Origin: Alphaproteobacteria bacterium
GTDB taxonomy: Bacteria; Pseudomonadota; Alphaproteobacteria; UBA7985; JAUIBT01
Direction of reading: 5' to 3'
Assembly (NCBI GenBank): GCA_030432195.1
Contig: JAUIHE010000001.1
Location: forward strand, 4,634 to 68,633
DNA: 64,000 bases
Shown piece after piece: positions 18,897-29,265 of the stretch. The position numbers and the translations under genes were made by a program. Every line of letters begins with the position of its first letter. The stretch's first letter is position 1. The notes under the pieces were generated by a model. That model saw only the letters and a list, made by a program, of their open reading frames with translations. It did no database searches and was not told the origin of the DNA.

Positions 18897-21731
18897 TCAC
18901 AGCTCGAAGTCAGACCCCAAATAGACCTGCCGCACCCGTTCATCCTGCACGATTTCGGACGGCTCACCCTGCATCAGAACGCGGCCGTCGTAAATAATGT
19001 AGGCACGATCGACCACATTCAGCGTATCGCGGACATTGTGATCAGTAATCAGCACGCCAATGCCACGCTGCTTGAGCTGCCCAACCAGGCTGCGAATGTC
19101 GCCGACGGCGATTGGATCGACACCGGCGAAGGGCTCGTCCAACAAGATGTATTGGGGATTGCTGGCCAAAGAGCGCGCAATTTCCGTGCGTCGCCGCTCG
19201 CCGCCCGACAGGGCCAAAGCGTTGACAGACCGCAAATGCGTGATGGAAAATTCGGCCAGCAGCTCTTCCAGTCGGGCCTTGCGCTTCCTGCGATCGGACT
19301 GCACCACCTCCAGCGCTGCCATGATGTTTTGCTCCACCGTCAGGCCGCGGAAGATCGACGCTTCTTGCGGCAGGTACCCGAGCCCGAACTTGGCGCGTCG
19401 GTACATGGGCAGGGTGCTGACGTTGCGCCGGTTGATCCCGACGTACCCTTTGTCCGCCTGTATTAAGCCGCAAACGATATAAAAGCTGGTGGTCTTGCCC
19501 GCACCGTTGGGACCCAGCAGGCCTACGACCTCGCCGGGCCGGATGCCGATGTTGACATCGTGCAGCACCTTGCGTTTGCCGAAAGATTTCTGCAAATTCA
19601 GCGCCACCAGGCCGGGGAAATTGCGATCCAGCGTCGGCAAGGGCGGCAGATTTGAGCGGCGCGCAGGCCGGGCGGGCTTGGCGCTAGCCCGGCGCGGGGC
19701 ATCAATAATCAGCCTTTGCTTTGGCGCCGCGGTTGGGTCGCTGCCAGGCGCTGCGCCGTCCTGCGGTTTTGTCGTTGGAGCGGCGGCGCCCTGGGCTTTG
19801 GTGGGCGCCCCGGTGTTGGGTGCCCCGGTGTTGGGTGCCCCGTTGATCCGAGCCTCGGCGCTGGGCTTGTCAGGGACAGCGGGTGTTGCCGCAGACGCTC
19901 CGGCGTCGCCAGCATTTGCGGTGGTTGGCGCCGGCGCGGCCGCTTGAGCCGGTATCGTGTGCGCCTCGGGCTTGGGTCCAGATTTGGGCAAAAGCTTCTT
20001 GGTTGGCGGCAGAGGCGGCGGCGGCGTTGCCCCCTCGTCCGTTGCCTGCAGAGCCCCTTTGGTTGAGCCAGACTTTGCGGCGCTTGGACTGTTCGAAGCT
20101 GCCCCAGTTTCGCGCTTTTCCTCAGGGCCGCTGGCGGCAGCGCTTGCTGCGGAAGCATCGCCGCCCGCCTCTGGCGCGGCCGGAGCCGGAGCCGCATCAG
20201 GGCTCCCTACAGGGCTGGCAGCCTTGGTCTTGGAGCCCCCTTGCCGGTCCGTGGACCCGGCACCTGGCGCTCGGTCGGACCGTGCATCGGCGCCGCCAGC
20301 GTCTAGCCTTTGAGGGTTGTTGTCGGCTTTAGCCTTGCGGTCATCATCACGCACGCTGCCGCGCTCATCGTCGTGGTCTTTGGGTTTGGCGAACCACGAC
20401 AGCCAACCGCCCCCTGCCTTGCGGGGTTTACTGGCCTTCTGGGGCTTACTGGCCTTCTGGGGCTTACTGGCCTTCTTTTTCGCAGTTTTTGCGCCGGACG
20501 GCTTGACCTCATCCTGCGCGCGGAGCGGCGTTGAAGCCATGCCCTCCGCCTTTTGATCGTCCGCTAGGTCTCGGCTTTTCGGATTTTCGCTGCGCAGTTG
20601 CGGCTCATTGGTCAACTGAGGCTGTTGGGCCGGTGCGGGCCGGTCCGGGGCTGCCCGCTCTGGGGCTGCCCGCTCTGGGGCTGCCTCGTGCTGAGGGGCG
20701 CGCTGCGCTGCAACTCGGCGCGCAAATCGACCACCGCCGGAAGCGGTCGGGCGCGCCGGTGAAGGTGTTTCGAGGGCCTGTTCACGCTGGGCCTGTTCAC
20801 GCTGGGCCTGTTCACGCTGGGCCTGTTCGCGTTGAGTCTGTTCACGCTGCACTTGGGCTTGTTGCGCGAGCGCGCGCTGTTCGGCTTCCAATTGCTGGCG
20901 CTGCTGCTGAGCCTGCTCGCGGCGAACGCGCTCTTGATGAGCCCGCGCACGTTGGGCACGCTCCCATTCCAGCCGCTGACGGTCTTCTTGCGCACGCTGA
21001 GCCTGCTCCCATTGCAGACGCTCTTGCTCGGCGCGGGCCCGTGCCGCTTGCTCTTGCTTGGCCCGATTTTGGGCAGCTTGGCGTTGGGCCTGTTCGCGTT
21101 GGGCCTGTTCGCGCTGGGCCTGCAATTGGGCCTGTTCACGTTGATTTAACAGCCGTGGTGCGCGCGGACCTGCTCCGGGCGCACCACCAACGCCCGGACC
21201 CCGATTGGCCTGTGGACTATTTTGGGGATTTTGGCGCGGCCTTGGTCGTGCCTGGCCCTGCTGCGGCGGACGCCCGGGTTGCGGCCCAGCTTGTCGCGCA
21301 TGCGCTTCTTGTTGCCCAGCCCCGGCGCCAAACAGCCCCTTGGCACGATCCCAAAGCCCGGGCCCGGCGGGCCGATTGGGCGCTGAGCGCTGCACACGCC
21401 CAGGCTGGCCCGGCACCGATCGCGCGCCCTGTTCCCAATTTTGAACCGGATAGCGCACCTGGTTTCGGGTCGGCGCACCTGGTTGGTTACCTTGCTGGTT
21501 TCTTGGCTGGTTTCTTGGCTGGTTTCTTGGCTGGCTGCCGGCTTGGTTTCCTAGCTGACCTCCCGGCTGGCTTCCAACTGGCCGCCCCGCCGGGCCCGGC
21601 GCTGGCCTCGGTTCATCAGCCGCGCGCCGCTCCGCAACGCTGATGGGCTCTTCAAAACTCATCCGTAACGGGTTGCTGGTATTCCGGTCCAAAGCGCGTT
21701 CTGGTTCCCGGTTATAGCGCTTGTCGGCCAT
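18897..21731 (-). CDS. lptB: LPS export ABC-transporter ATPase LptB (canonical C-terminal 236 aa), in frame with a roughly 700-aa repeat-rich disordered N-terminal region
   Basis: The C-terminus is a typical LptB: GPNGAGKTT, LSGGERRR, LLDEPFAGVDP. The frame is open from the ATG at 21731, 8 nt after the lptA stop, through a Q/R/E/A/P-rich low-complexity region encoded by several different perfect tandem DNA repeats. The only canonical-length LptB start would be a GTG at 19607, and it has no ribosome-binding site. Confidence 0.6.
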   Translation of the reverse strand: MADKRYNREPERALDRNTSNPLRMSFEEPISVAERRAADEPRPAPGPAGRPVGSQPGGQLGNQAGSQPRNQPRNQPRNQQGNQPGAPTRNQVRYPVQNWEQGARSVPGQPGRVQRSAPNRPAGPGLWDRAKGLFGAGAGQQEAHARQAGPQPGRPPQQGQARPRPRQNPQNSPQANRGPGVGGAPGAGPRAPRLLNQREQAQLQAQREQAQREQAQRQAAQNRAKQEQAARARAEQERLQWEQAQRAQEDRQRLEWERAQRARAHQERVRREQAQQQRQQLEAEQRALAQQAQVQREQTQREQAQREQAQREQAQREQALETPSPARPTASGGGRFARRVAAQRAPQHEAAPERAAPERAAPDRPAPAQQPQLTNEPQLRSENPKSRDLADDQKAEGMASTPLRAQDEVKPSGAKTAKKKASKPQKASKPQKASKPRKAGGGWLSWFAKPKDHDDERGSVRDDDRKAKADNNPQRLDAGGADARSDRAPGAGSTDRQGGSKTKAASPVGSPDAAPAPAAPEAGGDASAASAAASGPEEKRETGAASNSPSAAKSGSTKGALQATDEGATPPPPLPPTKKLLPKSGPKPEAHTIPAQAAAPAPTTANAGDAGASAATPAVPDKPSAEARINGAPNTGAPNTGAPTKAQGAAAPTTKPQDGAAPGSDPTAAPKQRLIIDAPRRASAKPARPARRSNLPPLPTLDRNFPGLVALNLQKSFGKRKVLHDVNIGIRPGEVVGLLGPNGAGKTTSFYIVCGLIQADKGYVGINRRNVSTLPMYRRAKFGLGYLPQEASIFRGLTVEQNIMAALEVVQSDRRKRKARLEELLAEFSITHLRSVNALALSGGERRRTEIARSLASNPQYILLDEPFAGVDPIAVGDIRSLVGQLKQRGIGVLITDHNVRDTLNVVDRAYIIYDGRVLMQGEPSEIVQDERVRQVYLGSDFEL

Positions 21732-21739
21732 GGCTCGCC

Positions 21740-22675
21740 CTAGTTCCCGCCATCAAGCGTAGCCGGGTTGATGACAATAAAAACGCGCTGATTGTTGCCG
21801 GGGTTGCTGGTGCCAGGCGGCACCGCCAAGATGCGGCCAATTCCGGGCTTGAAGAAAAACTCACCGTATTGGCCTGTCAGCAAGTTGCCGTCTTGAACCA
21901 GGCGCACGTTGCCTTCAAGTTTGGCTGCCTCTTCTACGGGATCATAGACGGCCGAATCTGCCTGCGCGGCAGCGTCCCCTTGAACGATGACAACGTTACC
22001 GCGCGCAACGATCTGCTTGATCTCGGTCGGGCGTATACCCGGGCCGCCACCGCCCGCAAATTGCAGCTCCAACTCATCGGCGTTGAGCCGGTTTTCCTTG
22101 TCCCAAGCGCGCACATTGCCTTTGGCCAAAGCGCGGCTGTTTTGGGGGTCATAGATCAAGGCCTCCGAGGCTTGCACCGTCGTGCCGTCACCCGCCGCGA
22201 AGATCGGCTCATTACCGGTCGCGGTCATCAAGTCCTTATCGACCTCATAGACGATCTTGCCCGCGGAAAGCTGATCTTTATCCAAACGCACATAGACGTT
22301 GCCGATGGCCTCAATGCGATGGATGGCACCCGATGCAGAGCCAAAACCGACCCCGCTTTTTGCTTTGGCGTCTTTGCCATCGCGGTAGTAGGCGCGCAGT
22401 TCTTGAGCGTGGATCGTCACCTCGCCCTGTTGCACCGCCGCATCGCCTTTAGCGATATAGACCTTGCGTTGCTGGTCCCACTCGATGCCTTCAGTCGCGG
22501 TCACAGCAATAGGCTCGTCTTCACTCTGGGCCCAGCTTGCCGAGCTTGCCGCTGCTATCGAGACCAACAAGGAACCGGCGACAAACGCACGCGATAAAAA
22601 AGGCCCAAGCCGCTTGGTGGTGGCGGGTTCAACGCTCCTCTGGGTCATTTGCTGCGGTTCTACAAACTCAATCAT
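21740..22675 (-). CDS. lptA: LPS transport periplasmic protein LptA (OstA-like)
   Basis: 311 aa with a signal peptide (...VSIAAASSASWAQS). It has repeated beta-jellyroll OstA-like segments and lies between lptC and lptB. Confidence 0.8.
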   Translation of the reverse strand: MIEFVEPQQMTQRSVEPATTKRLGPFLSRAFVAGSLLVSIAAASSASWAQSEDEPIAVTATEGIEWDQQRKVYIAKGDAAVQQGEVTIHAQELRAYYRDGKDAKAKSGVGFGSASGAIHRIEAIGNVYVRLDKDQLSAGKIVYEVDKDLMTATGNEPIFAAGDGTTVQASEALIYDPQNSRALAKGNVRAWDKENRLNADELELQFAGGGGPGIRPTEIKQIVARGNVVIVQGDAAAQADSAVYDPVEEAAKLEGNVRLVQDGNLLTGQYGEFFFKPGIGRILAVPPGTSNPGNNQRVFIVINPATLDGGN

Positions 22676-22728
22676 ATTTAGACCTTTGCACGCGCCGGCG
22701 ATGCGGCGGGCGATGCCTGCCCTGCCCC

Positions 22729-23349
22729 TTATTGACGGTTCTGCGGCAATTCATCGAAAATCAGTAGCTCACTTTTACCTTTGATGACAACGCGCTGCCC
22801 CCGGTCTTCGACCAAAAAGCCTTCGCCCTGAACGCGAAAATCCTTGGATTCAACGGTCACCGGCGCATCGCCGCGCACGGTTTCTGTCTCTAAATCCACG
22901 ACGGCTGAGGTAGTGGTCACGCGGTATTCGCCCTTCAGATCCGTAAACTCAACGTTGCCGCTCAGCACGGCTTCCTTCTTTTCCATGTCGTAGGCGCCCT
23001 TGAGCGCCCGCACGATCAGGCCCGTACCGTCATCATTGGTGATCTCACCCGAGGCGTCGATGATCTCCAGCTTTTTCCAATCTTGCGACAGAGGCAGCGC
23101 CCGCTTTGCCCGCAGATCGAATTGAAAATCGTCGATTTTTTCCGTCAATCGCGGATTTTCCACCGGTTGGTTCGGCAGAACCTGCCCTGCGATTAGCGTG
23201 ACCCACAGATTGCGCGAGCGCAGCAAATCCCACAAAGGGATCAGCAAAAGCGCAACAAAGACCAGAACCATAGCCGCAATGATCCCGCCCCGAAGGAAGC
23301 GCACCCACAGGCTATACAGATCCAATGCGGACAATTGTGTGATGGTCAT
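22729..23349 (-). CDS. lptC: LPS export protein LptC
   Basis: 206 aa with a single N-terminal TM anchor and a periplasmic beta-rich domain. It is immediately upstream of lptA. Confidence 0.7.
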   Translation of the reverse strand: MTITQLSALDLYSLWVRFLRGGIIAAMVLVFVALLLIPLWDLLRSRNLWVTLIAGQVLPNQPVENPRLTEKIDDFQFDLRAKRALPLSQDWKKLEIIDASGEITNDDGTGLIVRALKGAYDMEKKEAVLSGNVEFTDLKGEYRVTTTSAVVDLETETVRGDAPVTVESKDFRVQGEGFLVEDRGQRVVIKGKSELLIFDELPQNRQ

Positions 23350-23520
23350 AGCACCTTATCTAGGCCGCAATTCTGGCGATCCCATAGCGGTATTAGGATG
23401 CAGGCTGCCGAATTCGCATTTTTCAACAGGCAAGCGCGCCCAATTTCCCGCGTACCGCCCCACTCCTTTGCAACCTTGGCGTGCAAAAGGGCCAGCGACA
23501 GGGGGGCAAGCTAGGCTAGG

Positions 23521-24135
23521 CTAGGCGTGGGCAAAGATGTCCGTATCTTCCCAATCCAGCATGTCCAGTTCAACACGGGTCGGCAGGAAGTCAAAACAGG
23601 CTTGAGCCAGCGCGCTGCGCCCTTCGCGTTCAAGCATACGGTCCAGCACTTCTTTGATACGATGCAAGTACAGCACATCCGAGGCCGCGTAGGTCTGCTG
23701 GGCTTCGCTGAGCGTGGCCGCGCCCCAGTCAGAGCTTTGCTGCTGCTTTGAAATGTCCACGCCAATCAGTTCCTGACACAAGACCTTCAGCCCGTGACGG
23801 TCCGTGTAGGTGCGCACCAAGCGCGAGGCGATTTTCGTACAATATATCGGGCTCACCGCGACGCCCAAATAGGCTTTCAAAATGGCAACATCGAAGCGCG
23901 CATAGTGGAACAGCTTTAGGCGGACGGGATCAGCTAACAGATTGACCAGGTTGGGCGCCTGATACTTGCGGTCGGAAAACTGCACCAAGTGGGCATCACC
24001 GTTGCCGTCCGACAACTGCGCCAAACACAGGCGATCGCGACGATTGCGCAGGCCCATTGCTTCGGTATCGACCGCCACGACGGGCCCCAGCGCCAGGTCA
24101 TCGGGCAGATCGTTTTGATGCAGATAGATGGTCAT
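23521..24135 (-). CDS. short RNase D-like 3'-5' exonuclease (DnaQ-like exonuclease domain only)
   Basis: From the internal ATG it reads MTIYLHQNDLPDDLALGPVVAVDTEAMGL. There are DEDDy-type motifs and YASDVLYL. The track ORF 23521..24231 starts upstream and picks up the repeat-encoded peptide PIYLPIYLPIYL, which is a start artefact. Confidence 0.75.
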   Translation of the reverse strand: MTIYLHQNDLPDDLALGPVVAVDTEAMGLRNRRDRLCLAQLSDGNGDAHLVQFSDRKYQAPNLVNLLADPVRLKLFHYARFDVAILKAYLGVAVSPIYCTKIASRLVRTYTDRHGLKVLCQELIGVDISKQQQSSDWGAATLSEAQQTYAASDVLYLHRIKEVLDRMLEREGRSALAQACFDFLPTRVELDMLDWEDTDIFAHA

Positions 24136-24201
24136 GGCCAGGCTTTCATTCAGATAGATGGGCAGATAAATGGGTAGATAAATGGGCAGATAAATGGGTA
24201 G
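24121..24201. repeat. 12-bp tandem repeat (CAGATARATGGG on the plus strand, CCCATYTATCTG on the minus strand), 5-6 copies overlapping and upstream of the RNase D-like start codon
   Basis: cagatagatggt-[catggccaggctttcatt]-cagatagatggg-cagataaatggg-tagataaatggg-cagataaatggg-taggatgcg. Confidence 0.75.
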
Positions 24202-24326
24202 GATGCGCTTGCCTAGCTCGCTTGCCAGCACAAGGCAAGGGGCTGAAGCAACGCGGGAGGCCTAGCAGCGTGCCAACCCTAGCAGCGGGAGGCTCGCTAC
24301 TGAACAGCCAGGCGCCGCCACAAGGC

Positions 24327-25013
24327 CTAAAGTTCCGTGTGCATGTGATAGCCAGGATGGAAGATCAACCGCACTTGGGTAATGACCTGCCCCTTGGACC
24401 AAGTGGCGCGGTCAATCACGAACAGCCCTTCGCCGGGCGGGCAAGCCAGGATTTCCGCCTCCATCTGGCTTGCGGTCTTGGCAGAAAAAGCAATGCTGCC
24501 GCCCTCAAACGGTACGTGGACCAATAGCCATTCATTCGGGCTCTGAGCCTCAAAATCAGCCGTCATCGCCTCGGGGACCGCCTGGGGATTGATCCAGCGG
24601 TCTTCATAGGCGTAGGGGCGCCGATCGGCCATATGTAGGGCTGTGATATGCAATTGCTGCTGGTCGGCGGGCCCTTGCAGTCGCACGCGCACGTCAAGAG
24701 GTGGGGACTCCAACCCGCTAGACAAAAGCAAATAGCTGTAAGCCTGGCCCTTGCCTTCAATCTCCTGACGGATCATCGAGATATCCAAAGTGGCCTTGCG
24801 CACAGGGTGCAGCGCAACGCGCGTGCCCGCCTTGCGCCGTCGATCCAAGAACCCGGCCTCAGCCAAATTACGCAGAGCGCGATTGACGGTCGCCCTTGCA
24901 CACCCCAGTTCTTGCGACAGTTCTGCCTCGTTCGGGATCAACTCCCCCGGCCGCCATTGGCGCGAGCGAATACGCCGTAGCGCCTCTTCTTGCACCGCTT
25001 GCCAGCTATTCAT
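24327..25013 (-). CDS. hutC: histidine utilisation repressor (GntR/HutC family)
   Basis: From the ATG at 25013 it reads MNSWQAVQEEALRRIRSRQWRPGELIPNEAELSQELGCARATVNRALRNL, a GntR helix-turn-helix. A UTRA effector domain follows. It lies 24 bp downstream of hutF. Confidence 0.85.
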   Translation of the reverse strand: MNSWQAVQEEALRRIRSRQWRPGELIPNEAELSQELGCARATVNRALRNLAEAGFLDRRRKAGTRVALHPVRKATLDISMIRQEIEGKGQAYSYLLLSSGLESPPLDVRVRLQGPADQQQLHITALHMADRRPYAYEDRWINPQAVPEAMTADFEAQSPNEWLLVHVPFEGGSIAFSAKTASQMEAEILACPPGEGLFVIDRATWSKGQVITQVRLIFHPGYHMHTEL

Positions 25014-25036
25014 GTCGGATCGGGCAGCCGTATCGC

Positions 25037-26452
25037 TCAAATCGCGTCTCTCAGTTCGATTGCAGCCTTGCGGTATGCGGCGGTGATCGCCTCGCGCTGT
25101 CGATGGCGGCCCTGCGTGACCAGGTGGCGGCCCGCCGACCAAAGATCGCGAACAAGGCGATCATCGCCAGCAAAGACGAAGCTGTCGATCAGGGTATCCC
25201 CTTTGAGGCCCGCCAGGTCAACCGCCGCACCGTCCAGCGCCAACATATCCGCCAGCTTGCCGACCGCCAGCACTCCGGCATTGCGACCTGCGGCGTTTGC
25301 GCCGCCTTCGCAGGCCGCCTGCAACAGCTGGCGCCCGGTCGAGCGCGCCCGCGTCGCCAGGGCTGCCCGTGTCCGGTCACGCAGCCGCTGTGAATAATCC
25401 AAGGTCCGCAGCTCTTCGGATAAGCTGATGCGGATGTTGGAATCCGATCCAACCGCCAACCGCCCCCCCTCGGACAGCCAGCGAACGCCGTCAAAGATGC
25501 CGTCGCCCAAGCTCGATTCTGTCAAGGGGCACAGGCCCGCGATCGCCCCCGAGCGGGCTAGGCCGCTGGTTTCGTGCGGCTGCATTTGCGTACAGTGAAT
25601 GAAGCAAGTCCGCTCATCCAACGTCATGTTGTCCAAGACCCACTCAACCGGGCGCTGCCCCATGGCTGCTTGGACTTCCTCGACTTCCGCGCGCTGCTCC
25701 GCCAAGTGCATATGCAAGGGGTTATCGCCCGCAAGCACCTTGGCACGCGCAAGATCGCTAGGACGCACAGCGCGCAGGCTGTGGGGGGCAACGCCGGTCC
25801 GACAGTCGGTTGGTAGCTTGGCAACCAATGCCGCCGCGTTTTGATGCAACCGGGCAAAGCGCTCAAAATCGTTGCCGAAGCGGCGCTGTCCCCCCTGCAA
25901 AGGGCGCCCATCGCAGCCGCCGAACTCATAGTGGACCGGTAGCAAGGTTAGCCCCAGCCCGCTCGTCTGGGTCGCCGCGGCGATGCGCGCTGCCATTTCG
26001 GCGAGCTGGTCATAGGGCTGGCCGTCGGCTTGGTGGTGGAGATAGTGAAACTCGACATTGGCCGCATAGCCCGCTTCGGCCATCTCCATTTGGACGTAGG
26101 CGGCGATAGCCTCAACCTGTTCTGGGCGGAGGCGATCCAAAAAGCGATACATCAGTTGGCGCCAGGTCCAGAACGAATCGCTGCCGCCTTGCGATCCGCG
26201 CGCTTCGCTGAGCCCCGCCATTGCCCGCTGAAAGGCATGGCTGTGCGCATTGGCCGGTGCGGGCAGCAAGATATCCACGCGCTGACAGTCGCCAGCTCCG
26301 TCAGCACCGGCGTCACAATTAACCCCGGTCTCAAGCGCAGCAATGGTGCCGTCTGAAGCCAGCGTCAGGCGTACATGATCAGCCCAACCCGTTTCCAGTA
26401 GAGCCGTCTTCGCCCAGACCTGTTGTTCGGTCCCTCGCTGGTCTAGCTGCAT
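25037..26452 (-). CDS. hutF: formimidoylglutamate deiminase
   Basis: An amidohydrolase-fold protein whose N-terminus, [29 protein letters not shown], matches HutF, with a metal-binding HSH motif ([17 protein letters not shown]). The start is set at the internal Met; the track extension is not used. Confidence 0.85.
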   Translation of the reverse strand: MQLDQRGTEQQVWAKTALLETGWADHVRLTLASDGTIAALETGVNCDAGADGAGDCQRVDILLPAPANAHSHAFQRAMAGLSEARGSQGGSDSFWTWRQLMYRFLDRLRPEQVEAIAAYVQMEMAEAGYAANVEFHYLHHQADGQPYDQLAEMAARIAAATQTSGLGLTLLPVHYEFGGCDGRPLQGGQRRFGNDFERFARLHQNAAALVAKLPTDCRTGVAPHSLRAVRPSDLARAKVLAGDNPLHMHLAEQRAEVEEVQAAMGQRPVEWVLDNMTLDERTCFIHCTQMQPHETSGLARSGAIAGLCPLTESSLGDGIFDGVRWLSEGGRLAVGSDSNIRISLSEELRTLDYSQRLRDRTRAALATRARSTGRQLLQAACEGGANAAGRNAGVLAVGKLADMLALDGAAVDLAGLKGDTLIDSFVFAGDDRLVRDLWSAGRHLVTQGRHRQREAITAAYRKAAIELRDAI

Positions 26453-26524
26453 GGCATTCCTCACTTGACAGACATTATGTGCAGACATAATAACAATATA
26501 GCCACACAAAACAACGATCTTTTT
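26453..26524. promoter_or_regulatory. AT-rich promoter region between hutF-hutC (minus strand) and hutIHGU (plus strand), with a candidate HutC operator
   Basis: This is the lowest-GC stretch of the locus. It contains the direct repeat CAGACATTATGTG / CAGACATAATAAC and the near-palindrome ACATTATGT. Confidence 0.35.
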
Positions 26525-27727
26525 ATGTTACTAACCAACGCAACGCTCGCGAGCATGGACAGCCAGCGAGCCGACACCGCCTATGGCTTGATCGCCCAAG
26601 GCGCTGTTGCGCTCGACGGCGCAGATATCGCCTGGGTTGGTCCTAAGGACCAAGTGCCCGAGGCCTGGCGCAACGGCCCCGTCAAAGATCTGGAAGGCCG
26701 TTTGGTGACGCCCGCACTGATCGACTGCCACACCCACCTGGTCCACGGCGGCAACCGCGCCCGTGAATTTGAGCTGCGTCTACAAGGCGCGAGCTATGAG
26801 GAAATCGCGCGCGCGGGTGGCGGTATTGTTTCCACCGTTGCGGCTACGCGCCTTGCCGACGAGGACGCGCTCCTGGCGGCGGCCCTGACCCGCCTCGACG
26901 CCTTGATTGCGGAAGGCGCGGGCCTAGTTGAGGTCAAATCGGGGTACGGGCTGGACCTGGAGAGCGAACTCAAGATGCTGCGCGTCGCGCGCGCCCTAGA
27001 GCGAGCCCGCCCCGTGCGGCTACGCACCAGCTTTCTGGGCGCTCACGCCGTGCCGCCAGAATATAGGGGTCGGCCCGACGCCTACCTGGACGACGTTTGC
27101 TTGCCCGCACTTGAGGCCGCCCACGACCAAGGCTTGGTTGATGCAGTGGACGGTTTTTGCGAGGGCATTGCCTTTACGCCACAACAAATCGCGCGCGTCT
27201 TTGACAAGGCCCGCGAACTGGGTCTGCCGGTCAAGCTACACGCCGAACAGCTCTCAAACCTTGGCGGTGCAGTGCTCGCTGCAGGGTACGGCGCCCTATC
27301 TGCCGATCACCTGGAATACGCCGATGAGGTCGCCGCCGAGGCCATGGCCAAAGCGGGCAGCGTCGCCGTCGTGCTGCCGGGTGCGTTCTACACCCTGCGT
27401 GAGACCCAATTGCCGCCGATCCAGACTTTTCGCGAGCGCGGTGTGGCTATGGCCCTGGCGAGCGATTGCAATCCTGGCTCTTCGCCGCTCACATCGCTTC
27501 TTCTGACAATGAATATGGCTTGCACCTTGTTTCGTATGACACCGGAAGAAGCTCTTGCGGGCGTCACGCGCAATGCCGCCCGCGCGTTGGGTGTCACCGA
27601 TTGCGGGATGATCCGCAGCGGCCTGCGCGCTGATCTGGCAATCTGGGATGTCGAACATCCTGCCGAGCTCGCCTATCGCATTGCATTCAACCCACTTCAC
27701 CAACGCCTGTTCGGAGGCGCCTCATGA
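26525..27727 (+). CDS. hutI: imidazolonepropionase
   Basis: It reads [13 protein letters not shown]..., with a metal-binding HxH ([11 protein letters not shown]). The frame and length fit HutI. Its last bases overlap hutH as ATGA. Confidence 0.9.
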   Translation: MLLTNATLASMDSQRADTAYGLIAQGAVALDGADIAWVGPKDQVPEAWRNGPVKDLEGRLVTPALIDCHTHLVHGGNRAREFELRLQGASYEEIARAGGGIVSTVAATRLADEDALLAAALTRLDALIAEGAGLVEVKSGYGLDLESELKMLRVARALERARPVRLRTSFLGAHAVPPEYRGRPDAYLDDVCLPALEAAHDQGLVDAVDGFCEGIAFTPQQIARVFDKARELGLPVKLHAEQLSNLGGAVLAAGYGALSADHLEYADEVAAEAMAKAGSVAVVLPGAFYTLRETQLPPIQTFRERGVAMALASDCNPGSSPLTSLLLTMNMACTLFRMTPEEALAGVTRNAARALGVTDCGMIRSGLRADLAIWDVEHPAELAYRIAFNPLHQRLFGGAS

Positions 27728-29265
27728 TCCTCACGCTCAATCCCGGCTCGGTCCGACTAGAAGAACTGGAGCGCATTTGGCGCGATGGCCTCGCCGCACA
27801 GCTTGATGAACCAGCCCGCGAGAAAATTGGCCGCGCGGCCGACATGGTTGCCGAGGCGGCTGCCGGCGATGAAGCCGTCTATGGCATTAATACAGGCTTT
27901 GGCAAACTGGCGAGCCTGCGCATCCAACCATCGGACACCGCCCAGCTTCAGCGCAACCTTATCCTCTCCCACTGCTGTGGCGTCGGCGAGCCTCTGGACC
28001 GGCCGACAACGCGCCTCATGATGGCACTCAAGCTCATTTCGGTTGGGCGCGGGGCCTCGGGGCTCCAACTTGAAACCGTAGCCTTGTTAGAAAGCCTGCT
28101 GGAGCAGGACGTCATTCCGGTCGTACCCAGCCAGGGATCGGTCGGCGCGTCGGGCGATCTAGCGCCCCTGGCCCACATGGCCGCCAGCATGATCGGCGAA
28201 GGTGAGGCCTGGTTTGATGGCCAGCGCCTGCCTTCACATGAAGCCCTGCGCCGCGCCGGACTTGAGCCAATCATCCTCAGCCCAAAAGAGGGCCTTGGCC
28301 TCATCAATGGGACGCAGTTCTCAACGGCCTGCGCGCTGGCGGGCTATTTTACCGCGCTCAGAAGCCTGCAAGGCGGCCTGGTTGCAGCATCCATGTCAAC
28401 CGACGCCATCATGGGATCGACCGCACCACTGCAACCAGCCATCCACCAGCTGCGTGGCCACAGCGGACAAATCCAGGTCGCACACGCCATGCGCGCCATC
28501 ATGGCGGGCTCAGAGATCCGCGAGAGCCACCGCAGCGACGATACACGCGTGCAAGATCCCTACTGTATCCGCTGCCAGCCGCAAGTGACCGGCGCTTGCC
28601 TGGACCTTTTGCGCTTTGCTGGGCAGACGCTGGAGATCGAAGCCAACGCGGTGTCGGACAATCCTTTGGTTCTAGTCGAGGAGGGTTTGATCGTCTCGGG
28701 CGGCAACTTCCATGCCGAACCCGTGGCGTTCGCAGCCGATCAAATCGCGCTGGCCATCGCTGAAATTGGTGCCATCGCCCAGCGCCGGATTGCGGTCATG
28801 GTCGATCCCACACTTTCATTTGACTTGCCGCCCTTCCTGGCCGCTGATCCGGGCCTGAACTCAGGCATGATGATCGCGGAGGTCACAACCGCCGCCTTGA
28901 TGAGCGAAAACAAGCATTTGGCCAACCCCTGCTCGACGGATTCAACGCCGACATCGGCCAACCAGGAAGATCATGTATCCATGGCGGCCCATGGCGCACG
29001 ACGCCTGTCGCGGATGAACGCCAACCTGCAGGTCATTCTGGGGATCGAGGTACTATGCGCATGCGAAGGCATCGAATTCCGACGTCCGCTCAAGACCAGC
29101 GTCGCACTGCAAACCTCCCTTGCAGAAGTGCGCAAGGCCATTGCGCCGCTGACCCAAGACCGCTTTATGGCGGGCGATATTGAGGCCGCGGCCAGCATGA
29201 TCGCTGACGGCCGTCTGGCTGCCGTTTGTGATGTGCCCAAACTGCTAGCCGAGCCTCTGTCATGA
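27724..29265 (+). CDS. hutH: histidine ammonia-lyase
   Basis: 513 aa. The catalytic triad ASG ([16 protein letters not shown]), which forms the MIO prosthetic group, is present. Confidence 0.95.
   Translation: MILTLNPGSVRLEELERIWRDGLAAQLDEPAREKIGRAADMVAEAAAGDEAVYGINTGFGKLASLRIQPSDTAQLQRNLILSHCCGVGEPLDRPTTRLMMALKLISVGRGASGLQLETVALLESLLEQDVIPVVPSQGSVGASGDLAPLAHMAASMIGEGEAWFDGQRLPSHEALRRAGLEPIILSPKEGLGLINGTQFSTACALAGYFTALRSLQGGLVAASMSTDAIMGSTAPLQPAIHQLRGHSGQIQVAHAMRAIMAGSEIRESHRSDDTRVQDPYCIRCQPQVTGACLDLLRFAGQTLEIEANAVSDNPLVLVEEGLIVSGGNFHAEPVAFAADQIALAIAEIGAIAQRRIAVMVDPTLSFDLPPFLAADPGLNSGMMIAEVTTAALMSENKHLANPCSTDSTPTSANQEDHVSMAAHGARRLSRMNANLQVILGIEVLCACEGIEFRRPLKTSVALQTSLAEVRKAIAPLTQDRFMAGDIEAAASMIADGRLAAVCDVPKLLAEPLS

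Noticed and set aside
20531-21643. 370-aa ORF on the plus strand, antisense to the lptB N-terminal region
   Set aside because: Its translation is composed of Pro/Gly/Ala/Leu runs generated by reading the same GC-rich tandem repeats in another frame. It has no start-site signals and it overlaps a conserved operon on the opposite strand. It is an artefact of stop-codon-poor, repeat-rich DNA. It does show that long open frames alone are weak evidence in this region.
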